From Candidatus Thorarchaeota archaeon (GTDB lineage Archaea; Asgardarchaeota; Thorarchaeia; Thorarchaeales; Thorarchaeaceae): a stretch of DNA of 64,000 nt. The notes beneath the pieces were generated by a model, which searched no databases, was not told the DNA's origin, and saw nothing but the letters and a program-made list of their open reading frames with translations. Within the stretch, counting starts at the first letter, position 1. Every line of letters starts with the position of its first letter. The DNA is taken from assembly GCA_003345555.1 (NCBI GenBank), contig PRDJ01000036.1, positions 19,809 to 83,808 of the forward strand, given 5' to 3'. Positions 56,768-64,000 of the stretch are shown here, piece by piece. Both the position numbers and the translations under genes were made by a program.

Positions 56768-58621
56768 ATGGCTAAGAAAGAAGGGAAACCCAAGAAGGAA
56801 GTGAAGAAGCCTGCTCCAGCTCCGGCAGAGGAACCGAAGCCCGCTGCTCCAGCTCCACCCAAACCGGCTCCTGCAGCTCCAGCTCCTGCTCCGAAACCAG
56901 CTCCTGCACCCGCTCCACCGAAACCAGCTGCCGCTCCGCCTAAGGAGGAGAGGCCTTGGCTCAAGAGCTATGTTGGAAAGACTCCACCGGACATCAAGAT
57001 TCCAGATGGACCACTATACGCCGAACTTGACAAGGCTGTAGCGGAGTTTCCAAACAACGTTGCCCTCTACTACGAAGGAATCAAGATCACATACAAGCAA
57101 CTTGGCACGTTCGTAGACAAGGCGGCGAATGGATTCGCATCAATTGGAGTCAAGAAAGGTGATACAGTCGCTATAATGCTTCCAAACTGCCCTCAGTTCG
57201 TGATATCCTACTTCGGCGCGCTCAAGTGTGGTGCCACAGTCACGCCAATCAACCCACTAAGTGTCGCAAAAGAGCTTAGGATATACTTGCAGGACACGAA
57301 AGCAAAGACAATCGTCGTTCTCAACTTCTTCTATCGTCTTGTCGAAGAAGTTCGCAAGGAATCCGACCTTGAAAACGTCATAGTCACAGCCGGTTGGGAT
57401 CATCTGGGCTCAGCAAAGAGAGCTCTTGCTCCGAAAACCGTTTACAAGAAGGAAATGAAGGAAGTCCCGCCTCTTCGCAAGGGCGACCGCAACTGGCTCG
57501 ATTTTCTAGCGGCCGCCAAGCCCGAAGCACCGAAAGTCACCGTCGACCCTGCTAGGGATATCGCTGTCTACCAGTTCACAGGCGGAACCACCGGAACTCC
57601 CAAAGCAGCAATGCTGACACACAACAACCTGAAGGCGAATTGCTGCCAATGCAGTGCCTGGATGGATTGGATTGCCACAAGAGGCAAAGAAATCATGGTC
57701 GCGGCACTTCCCTTGCAGCATATCTTCGGACAGACCGTGTCCATGAACCTTGCCATAGCATGGGCGAGCGGGATAATCCTGATACCCAATCCGCGTGACG
57801 TCAAGCATCTGCTATCTGAGATTGACAGCATCAAGCCAACCTTCTTCCCCATAGTGGCTACTATGGCAATTTCGGTCTATAGTCATCCTGAGGTGAAGAA
57901 GTACAAGCTGACCTCATTGAAGCTGGCAATCGCAGGTGCCATGGCGTTACCTGCCGAAGTCACTAAGCGGTTCGAGGATGCAACCAACGCTATTATCATC
58001 GAAGGGTATGGTCTCACTGAGGCTTCGCCAGTTACTCATGCGAACCCCTTGGACAAGAGTCTCAGGAAGATTGGCTCGATTGGACTGCCGTTCCCAAGCA
58101 CCTACAGCAGGATAGTGGACCTTGAGAACTCATCCAAGGTTCTAGGACCTGACGAAATCGGTGAACTCTCCGTCAAGGGTCCTCAAGTCATGCTTGGCTA
58201 TCACAACCGACCCGATGAGACCTCAGCCGTATTGTCTAGAGACGGTTGGCTGCTCACAGGTGACATAGCTAAGATGGACAAGGACGGATGGACATACATA
58301 GTCGACCGCAAGAAGGATTTGATCAATGCCGCTGGCTACAAGGTCTGGCCAAGGGATGTAGAAGAAATCCTATTCGAGCATCCCGCGGTCAAGGAGGCTG
58401 CTGTCATTGGCGTTCCTGACAAGGTTCGCGGCGAGACTGTGAAGGCGTTCATCATTCTCCAACCCGGCAAGACTGCGACGGAGGAAGACATCCGCAAGTT
58501 CTGCAAAGAGAAGATGGCCATCTACAAGGTTCCAACAACAGTTGAATTCGTCGATTCCTTGCCAAAGACCATGGTAGGAAAGGTCTTGCGCAGAGAACTG
58601 CGAGAGAAGACTCAGACATAG
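56768..58621 (+). CDS. Acyl-CoA synthetase (AMP-forming) with a Pro/Ala/Lys-rich N-terminal low-complexity extension
   Basis: 'YQFTGGTTGTPKAAMLTH' AMP-binding motif and 'GYGLTEASP'. The N-terminal ~60 aa are (PAPAPKP)n. Confidence 0.8.
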   Translation: MAKKEGKPKKEVKKPAPAPAEEPKPAAPAPPKPAPAAPAPAPKPAPAPAPPKPAAAPPKEERPWLKSYVGKTPPDIKIPDGPLYAELDKAVAEFPNNVALYYEGIKITYKQLGTFVDKAANGFASIGVKKGDTVAIMLPNCPQFVISYFGALKCGATVTPINPLSVAKELRIYLQDTKAKTIVVLNFFYRLVEEVRKESDLENVIVTAGWDHLGSAKRALAPKTVYKKEMKEVPPLRKGDRNWLDFLAAAKPEAPKVTVDPARDIAVYQFTGGTTGTPKAAMLTHNNLKANCCQCSAWMDWIATRGKEIMVAALPLQHIFGQTVSMNLAIAWASGIILIPNPRDVKHLLSEIDSIKPTFFPIVATMAISVYSHPEVKKYKLTSLKLAIAGAMALPAEVTKRFEDATNAIIIEGYGLTEASPVTHANPLDKSLRKIGSIGLPFPSTYSRIVDLENSSKVLGPDEIGELSVKGPQVMLGYHNRPDETSAVLSRDGWLLTGDIAKMDKDGWTYIVDRKKDLINAAGYKVWPRDVEEILFEHPAVKEAAVIGVPDKVRGETVKAFIILQPGKTATEEDIRKFCKEKMAIYKVPTTVEFVDSLPKTMVGKVLRRELREKTQT

Positions 58622-58849
58622 TCGACAACGGCGCTGCGGGTAACTATTCTAACCCACAGCGCTTCTGGCTTTTTTGCAGGGCTTGACGCAAGTACTTCCT
58701 CCACGGTCCCGGGTTCAATCTGCACGTCGCACACGTGGTTTCTCAAAAGCCTTCTCGGTTTGGTTGTCGAGTCTTACAAACAGGTCAAGAAAGAATCTCA
58801 GATATTCTAACCACGTTTCTGACTCTCACAATGCTAGTGAGATCATGGG

Positions 58850-59410
58850 CTATCTGTCAGGATGGAGGATATCAGTTCGGAGGTTCCGTATCAGGCAGTG
58901 TATCTCAGGTCGGCCCAGCATCTTACGGCGTGCTTCAGACATATTGTTAATGACACACGCAACCCCCACTACGCTAGCGCCGAGCTTCTGCACGACCCTC
59001 GCAACAGCAAATACAGTCGTCCCCTGAATAAGCCAATCATCTACGATAGCAACTCTGTCCCCGGGTGAGATGGAGTCTGAGACCAGCGCGAGTCTTCTGT
59101 CAGCGAATCTATCTGAAGGTAGAAATTCCACAGGTCTACTATAATCATCAGGTAGGTAAGCAATCGAACGAGCTGGAACGATTCCGCAGCCAAGGTAGTA
59201 AGCAATTGCACTTCCCAAGGCCAATCCTCTTTGTTCAATACCGATTATCTTGTTTGGTTTGAGCTCCACGATTGGTTTGGCTAGGGCCATGACAGCTTCG
59301 TGGAAGATTCTTGGATTCTCTAGCAGCCTGCTTATGTCACAGACAGCTTTGCCGGGTGATGGCCAGTCCTTGATTACCTCGACGTAGTCTCTGAAATCAA
59401 TCTCTGCCAA
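58850..59410 (-). CDS. apt: Adenine phosphoribosyltransferase-like PRTase
   Basis: 'RVAIVDDWLIQGTTVFA' PRPP-binding motif. N-terminus 'FRDYVEVIKDWPSPGKAVCDISRLL'. Confidence 0.6.
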   Translation of the reverse strand: MAEIDFRDYVEVIKDWPSPGKAVCDISRLLENPRIFHEAVMALAKPIVELKPNKIIGIEQRGLALGSAIAYYLGCGIVPARSIAYLPDDYSRPVEFLPSDRFADRRLALVSDSISPGDRVAIVDDWLIQGTTVFAVARVVQKLGASVVGVACVINNMSEARRKMLGRPEIHCLIRNLRTDILHPDR

Positions 59411-59595
59411 ATCGCCAACCTCTCACTCTATCTTCGAAAGTAAGCCGGCTCCTGAGATACGATACGGGTACAAAAACGTTCGCAACGTCCTTTGGGAGCT
59501 CAGCGAAATGGTTATCACACGTCACCGGTATTCTTCGATTGAAACTAGTTCAGTAAGAGGCGGCAAACCTGATAGTACCTGGGACAACTGTTGCA

Positions 59596-60828
59596 GTGAC
59601 TCTCTTGCCGGGTTACGTCGAGGTCCGTGATAAGGGCATTCTAAGAAAGAAGATACCGACAAGCAACAGATCATTTGAAAACGTGTGCTCCGATCTTGAG
59701 CGCTTCTTCAAGGACGCAGGAAAGAAGCTGCCGCCCGGCGTTGTAAGAGAAGCTCTACAGAGAATAGGTGTTCCTCAGGTTAAGATGATAATCTCACAGG
59801 CGGAGCCACTAGAAGAATCACAAGCAAAGGTTGTCAAGGAGATTTCAGCCTCGGTTGAGGCTAGGAAGAAATCAAAGAGAAAGCCGAAGGTAGCCAAGAG
59901 TACAAGTAAGACAGAGGAAGTTCCTGAAGCGGCCAAGAAAGAACCAGCAGGTGACATATCTGGCATTGAGTATCACGACGTTGAAGAAGCTTTGAGCGTA
60001 GTGGAATCCCTGAGTGATTCGTTTCTCTCATCCAAGTCCAAGGATGCATCCCGTGCAACTCCTGACAAGGGTAAAATCAGTATCGAAGTCGAGGGAACCG
60101 AAGAGATAGTCGGTGCTCCCCGCTTGCGGGCGGCCATGCCAGAACAAGTGCCGCATGCGATCAAGGCCACTGCTGAACAGTTTCCGCCCTCACCGACGGA
60201 GTCCGGCAGACCCAAGGAGGCGGCTCAGTCTCCCACACGCATACCCAAGACGCAGGTGATTGCAAAGGCCCTGATTCTGGGGGAAGAAGGCGTAGGCAAG
60301 TCATCATTGATAGCAAAGGGAGGCCTCAAGCCGCTCGAGTCAAGCCCTGAGGCAGAGAAGAGACCGTATGTCACGGAGAAAGTGATTGAGGTTGACAACT
60401 ACAGAGTCAGGCTGCAGGCATGGCTATTTGACGCAGCTTCGGCCTCAAGAGTGACAAGAAAGGCGTTCTATGAAGATACTGGTCTCGTCATCATTGTGTA
60501 TAGCACATCAGACCGTTGGTCATTCGAGAGCATTGATTTCTGGCTCAAGGAGAGCATATCGGCCTCTGGGATACGACCTCCTGTGGTTATCGTCGGGAAC
60601 AAGACCGACGTTCGAGCCAACTCACCCCTCGTGGACAGGGAGCCTCCGGTATCACCAGAAGAGGGATTGAAGTTGGCACATGAAATAGCCTCGAAGCTCG
60701 CATCGGGGCAGAAGACTCATCCAGTAGCCTTCATTGAGACCTCGTGCCTCACTGGCCAAGGTGTTGAGGACCTGTTTAGGATGGCTGCAGAGCTTTTCGT
60801 CAAGTCAATCAATCGACCGAAAGCATAG
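59596..60828 (+). CDS. Divergent Ras-like small GTPase with a ~200-aa Lys/Glu-rich N-terminal extension
   Basis: G1 'LGEEGVGKSS'. G4 'GNKTD'. G5 'ETSCLTGQGV'. G3 is degenerate ('WLFDAASA', no Gly or Gln). GTG start. Confidence 0.6.
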   Translation: MTLLPGYVEVRDKGILRKKIPTSNRSFENVCSDLERFFKDAGKKLPPGVVREALQRIGVPQVKMIISQAEPLEESQAKVVKEISASVEARKKSKRKPKVAKSTSKTEEVPEAAKKEPAGDISGIEYHDVEEALSVVESLSDSFLSSKSKDASRATPDKGKISIEVEGTEEIVGAPRLRAAMPEQVPHAIKATAEQFPPSPTESGRPKEAAQSPTRIPKTQVIAKALILGEEGVGKSSLIAKGGLKPLESSPEAEKRPYVTEKVIEVDNYRVRLQAWLFDAASASRVTRKAFYEDTGLVIIVYSTSDRWSFESIDFWLKESISASGIRPPVVIVGNKTDVRANSPLVDREPPVSPEEGLKLAHEIASKLASGQKTHPVAFIETSCLTGQGVEDLFRMAAELFVKSINRPKA

Positions 60829-60963
60829 ACTACTACTTGCGCTGTACCGCATTGTGTGTTCGACTCGTCACATGAAGTGCTTGTTCACTGAACCATGTGC
60901 CAACGAAAAACCGACGGATTCCATCGTCAGCAAATCCAAGCTCATCCTCAAACAAAACCCTAA

Positions 60964-61353
60964 TTGACTGGGAAGAGTAAAATAGGCGCTGGTCTCTCAC
61001 CCGAATTGGCGGGCATAGCATATACGAGTGGAATGGTGATTACGACGCCGGACTTGTGCGAGAGTTGCGGACAAGAGATAGCACCATTCAAACCAGCCAA
61101 GACTCTCGATGAGAGTTACTCGAATGACGAACAAAAGAGACTGAGCATATGTGAGGATTGCTTCAAGAAGCGGTTCAAAGTGACGACCAAGAGGAGTAGT
61201 GGCTATGGAGGCACAATCTATGACCTGGAAGAAAGACCTGCCCCCCGTTTTGGCATCGGCAGCAAGAAGCTCAGTTGCCTGAAATGCACGTGGGTTGCAT
61301 GGACTGAGGAGGGCCTTGCCGTTCACATGAACAGGAGACATAAACCACAGTGA
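60964..61353 (+). CDS. Small protein with a C-terminal C2H2-like zinc finger
   Basis: 'CLKCTWVAWTEEGLAVHMNRRH', with upstream 'CESCG...CEDC'. Confidence 0.35.
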   Translation: MTGKSKIGAGLSPELAGIAYTSGMVITTPDLCESCGQEIAPFKPAKTLDESYSNDEQKRLSICEDCFKKRFKVTTKRSSGYGGTIYDLEERPAPRFGIGSKKLSCLKCTWVAWTEEGLAVHMNRRHKPQ

Positions 61354-61365
61354 TGGAGTCCTTGC

Positions 61366-62010
61366 TCAACTGCCTACGGCTGCCTGACTCTTCTCTTTGA
61401 CAATTTCATGACCCGATAGGCCCACTCCTCTGACTCTGGAAGCCGCGGTCTCAAGCATGCCAATCCTGTAGGTTGTCGTCCGTGGACCGAGACCCTGAAG
61501 CCATTCAAGCCCGGCCAGATCCAAACGGTTGTTGTGCAGAAAGTAAACCTTCAAGTCAGAGACCAAAGCCGCGCGCCTGTCAAAGAAACCGACAATGATT
61601 CCAATAGTTGGTGCTGCGAAGGCAACCATCACCCATATGGCGGCCAACGGGTCGCTATTGAAGTACTCGTAGAAGAACAAGTACCCTGAGATGACGGGCT
61701 GTACAAGAGCTAGCAGGACCAAGAGCAGAGCCACGTGTTGGGTCGCATCGTCGCTCCCGAGCCCCGACAGCCCGATTACATCTTGATTTGGCGTAACAAG
61801 ATACACGAGCACTGCTCCAGAGGAGATACCCACCACGAGCGCCGAGGCAGCAATCAACATGAGATATGTAATCGGTGACTCAGTCCACACATCGGGAAAT
61901 CCTATGGAGGCCTGGATCAACAGTGACACACCGATAATTGCAGCACCAACGGCAAACCCTCTCCAACTGAAGAACTCGTATCGTTCCCCATGGAGAACTC
62001 CCTCAGACAT
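61366..62010 (-). CDS. Membrane protein (about 6 TM), unknown function
   Basis: Hydrophobic ORF. Confidence 0.4.
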   Translation of the reverse strand: MSEGVLHGERYEFFSWRGFAVGAAIIGVSLLIQASIGFPDVWTESPITYLMLIAASALVVGISSGAVLVYLVTPNQDVIGLSGLGSDDATQHVALLLVLLALVQPVISGYLFFYEYFNSDPLAAIWVMVAFAAPTIGIIVGFFDRRAALVSDLKVYFLHNNRLDLAGLEWLQGLGPRTTTYRIGMLETAASRVRGVGLSGHEIVKEKSQAAVGS

Positions 62011-62280
62011 TCCTTCCGATTCTCTCTGACTATTCTATGGCCAAATATGTCCAATAATGAGATAAAGGTTCTGTTTACTGCTTCAACGCCGGCTCAAAGC
62101 TGCGCTCATCATCTCGAAGACTGCACAGGAACACGGGAAGCTCAAGATGCATGTGCCATTTGTTCCTCTAAGGCCGATTCACGAGGAGGGGATTCCTGTG
62201 CTGGGAGGACCTTCTTTATTAGCAGACGACGCTCAGTAGGAGCGACTTCTCCGCAGAGGCCAGCGGTGGGGAGGAATCAG

Positions 62281-62976
62281 ATGAGTTCCGAGAATGTCAT
62301 CGACCTAGACTCTGTTTCGAAGATATACAGGATGGGTGAGATTAAGGTTCCAGCCCTAAGGGGCGTGTCGCTGAGGGTAAAGAGAGGCGCAGCAATTGGA
62401 ATCATGGGCCCGTCTGGCTCGGGCAAGACGACTCTTCTCAATCTTATCGGCGCGCTCGACCGACCAACGGATGGACGGGTCACTATAGACGGCGTGGACA
62501 TTACACACATGAGCGAGAGCGAGCTAACACTCGTTAGAAGGAACAAGATATCGTTCGTGTTCCAATTCTTCAACCTGCTTCCGGTCTTGACAGCATACGA
62601 GAATGTCGAACTACCGCTGCTCATCAGTGGAGTCCCCGAAGTGGAGAGAAAGGAAAAGGTCGACCATCTGCTCGGACTGGTCGGTCTCACAGAGAGAGCA
62701 GACCATAGGCCGGACGAACTATCTGGCGGCGAACAGCAGCGAGTGGCCATTGCTCGCGCTCTGGCGAAACCAAAAGGCACGACGAGTTCCGTTATCGTCT
62801 TGGCCGATGAACCAACAGGGGACTTAGACACGCTTACTGGCTCAGATGTCATGAAGGTACTAATCGATCTCACCAAAGGAGAAGGAGGAACTCTTATCGT
62901 GGTCACGCATGACCCTGATGTTGGGAAACAGATGGATAAAGTCTACAACATGAGGGATGGCCGCATCGTCGATTAG
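62281..62976 (+). CDS. ABC transporter ATP-binding protein (MacB/LolD-like)
   Basis: 'GIMGPSGSGKTTLLN', 'LSGGEQQRVAIARALA', 'LADEPTGDLD'. Start moved to the ATG at 62281, because the track's N-terminal extension looks non-coding. Confidence 0.8.
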   Translation: MSSENVIDLDSVSKIYRMGEIKVPALRGVSLRVKRGAAIGIMGPSGSGKTTLLNLIGALDRPTDGRVTIDGVDITHMSESELTLVRRNKISFVFQFFNLLPVLTAYENVELPLLISGVPEVERKEKVDHLLGLVGLTERADHRPDELSGGEQQRVAIARALAKPKGTTSSVIVLADEPTGDLDTLTGSDVMKVLIDLTKGEGGTLIVVTHDPDVGKQMDKVYNMRDGRIVD

Positions 62977-62984
62977 CTTTCGGG

Positions 62985-64000
62985 GTGAGCACGACGACCG
63001 CAGCTCCAGCCGATTACGGGTTTGTGCACGATCTGAGAAGGAAAGCTATCACACTCGTGTGCTTTGTTCTCGCATCGACAATCGTAATGGGAATAGGTAC
63101 CTACATAGATTCGACATCCGTACATGAATGGGACAAGACTACGGACATCGGGCCTTTTGCCATGTCAGTCAGCGTATACGACCCATACGCCGGACCTAGT
63201 CTCCTAGAGACTCTTGGCACCATCAGAGGCCTGCCGGGGGTAGAAAGAGCGGCCTATCTCGAAAGGTCATGGGGAAGCTTGAGCATTGTCAATGAGACCT
63301 ACTATACAGGATACTACGGAGAGATGGTTGGTCTGGATTCCGACTTTCTCACCGTCTTTCCGAATTCATACGTCCTGACCAAGGGTCGACTGCCAACGAA
63401 TGTTTCGGAAATCGCGCTCTTTGTAGACGCCTCTCAAGCGCTTCACCTAAGTGTCGGGGACAAGGTGAACTGCACACTTCCTGACTCGTGGTCAACTCTC
63501 AGTGTCGTAGGGGTCTTCTCCGTTCCAAAGGAGCTTTACAGCAGCTGGAGTTACTATTCGGAAGTAGCAATACTCGACAGAGGGCTTTTGCAGCAGGGCA
63601 GCATCGTGCCCATCGTCCTCCTCGATGTCAATAGAACACTTCTGAGCCCGTTTGACGCTAATGGCGCTTGGAACTATCTGTCTGGAATAGAGAAGAGCAT
63701 TCGGACTCTTGATCCAAGCTACAATCCTCCCTCATCCTACTTCTCACGGTTCGTGGTGAACGACCCGCTAGCGAATGCGATTGCCTCTTTCATGGGTTGG
63801 AGGACGGGAATGCGGTTCACTGAACTGATAAGAGGAGGAGCAGTCGTGCTGCTTGTCGTTCTCACGATGTTCTTGGCCATTCGTTTCAACATGAATGACC
63901 GACGATACGAAAGAAGCGTCCTGACATCAAGAGGAGCTTCGAAGTCTGACTTGAATCGCATGGTCATCAGAGAACTTGCAGGACTTGCGTTCACGGGGTT
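62985..64000 (+). CDS. FtsX/MacB-type ABC permease. 3' end truncated at the window edge.
   Basis: Manual translation is open to the window end. TM helix, then a large extracytoplasmic loop, then 'LTSRGASKSDLNRMVIRELAGLAF' (FtsX-like). Confidence 0.6.
   Translation, partial: MSTTTAAPADYGFVHDLRRKAITLVCFVLASTIVMGIGTYIDSTSVHEWDKTTDIGPFAMSVSVYDPYAGPSLLETLGTIRGLPGVERAAYLERSWGSLSIVNETYYTGYYGEMVGLDSDFLTVFPNSYVLTKGRLPTNVSEIALFVDASQALHLSVGDKVNCTLPDSWSTLSVVGVFSVPKELYSSWSYYSEVAILDRGLLQQGSIVPIVLLDVNRTLLSPFDANGAWNYLSGIEKSIRTLDPSYNPPSSYFSRFVVNDPLANAIASFMGWRTGMRFTELIRGGAVVLLVVLTMFLAIRFNMNDRRYERSVLTSRGASKSDLNRMVIRELAGLAFTG

Noticed and set aside
56641-56964. 107-aa Gly/Ala-rich minus-strand ORF
   Set aside because: It is the antisense translation of the PAPAPK repeat of the acyl-CoA synthetase N-terminus.
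58700-58735. tRNA-like T-loop motif 'ccgggttcaatc' in the intergenic region after the acyl-CoA synthetase
   Set aside because: The flanking 5-nt segments are not complementary, and no acceptor or anticodon arms could be folded, so it is not a tRNA.
1-64000. Search for CRISPR arrays, integrases, transposases and rRNA
   Set aside because: No direct-repeat/spacer periodicity, no recombinase or transposase motifs and no rRNA-like conserved stretches were recognised. The only repeat is the Roadblock segmental duplication.

Overview
This 64 kb window is a gene-dense archaeal chromosomal segment with GC of about 50%. The gene content is consistent with an Asgard-type archaeon, and that assignment is an inference from content alone.

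The metabolic backbone includes:
- a secreted PhoA-type alkaline phosphatase, truncated at the window start;
- a tungsten-type aldehyde:ferredoxin oxidoreductase;
- a PpsA/rifampicin-phosphotransferase-like PEP-utilizing enzyme;
- a GDE-type glycogen debranching enzyme next to an MBL hydrolase;
- RibA, an FrhB-like flavoprotein, a geranylgeranyl reductase, an acyl-CoA synthetase, APRT, GDPD, two ABC exporters and MFS transporters.

There is a notable set of large N-glycosylation-sequon-rich surface proteins: tandem beta-helix paralogs, a 1198-aa giant protein and an Ig-repeat protein. All of them carry a C-terminal TM anchor followed by a short basic tail.

The most interesting content falls into four groups.
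1. A translationally coupled NurA-like nuclease and HerA-like ATPase pair (26.2-30.0 kb) with no Mre11/Rad50 nearby. It is a candidate defence or DNA-processing module.
2. An operon of a small zinc protein, a Roadblock/LC7 protein, a 13-TM membrane protein and a Rab-like small GTPase (35.85-38.54 kb). The Roadblock gene and the 5' end of the membrane gene are segmentally duplicated 2.7 kb downstream, where the membrane-gene copy has decayed.
3. More Roadblock-like regulators fused to wHTH and zinc-ribbon domains, a MinD/ParA-like ATPase and a second divergent Ras-like GTPase.
4. A minus-strand cluster (30.06-35.52 kb) of four paralogous double-zinc-ribbon/B-box-like membrane proteins, one of them split into two coupled ORFs. 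The cluster is interleaved with an ABC-2 exporter and a HicB-like/DinB fusion.

No rRNA or tRNA genes, CRISPR arrays, integrases or transposases were recognised.
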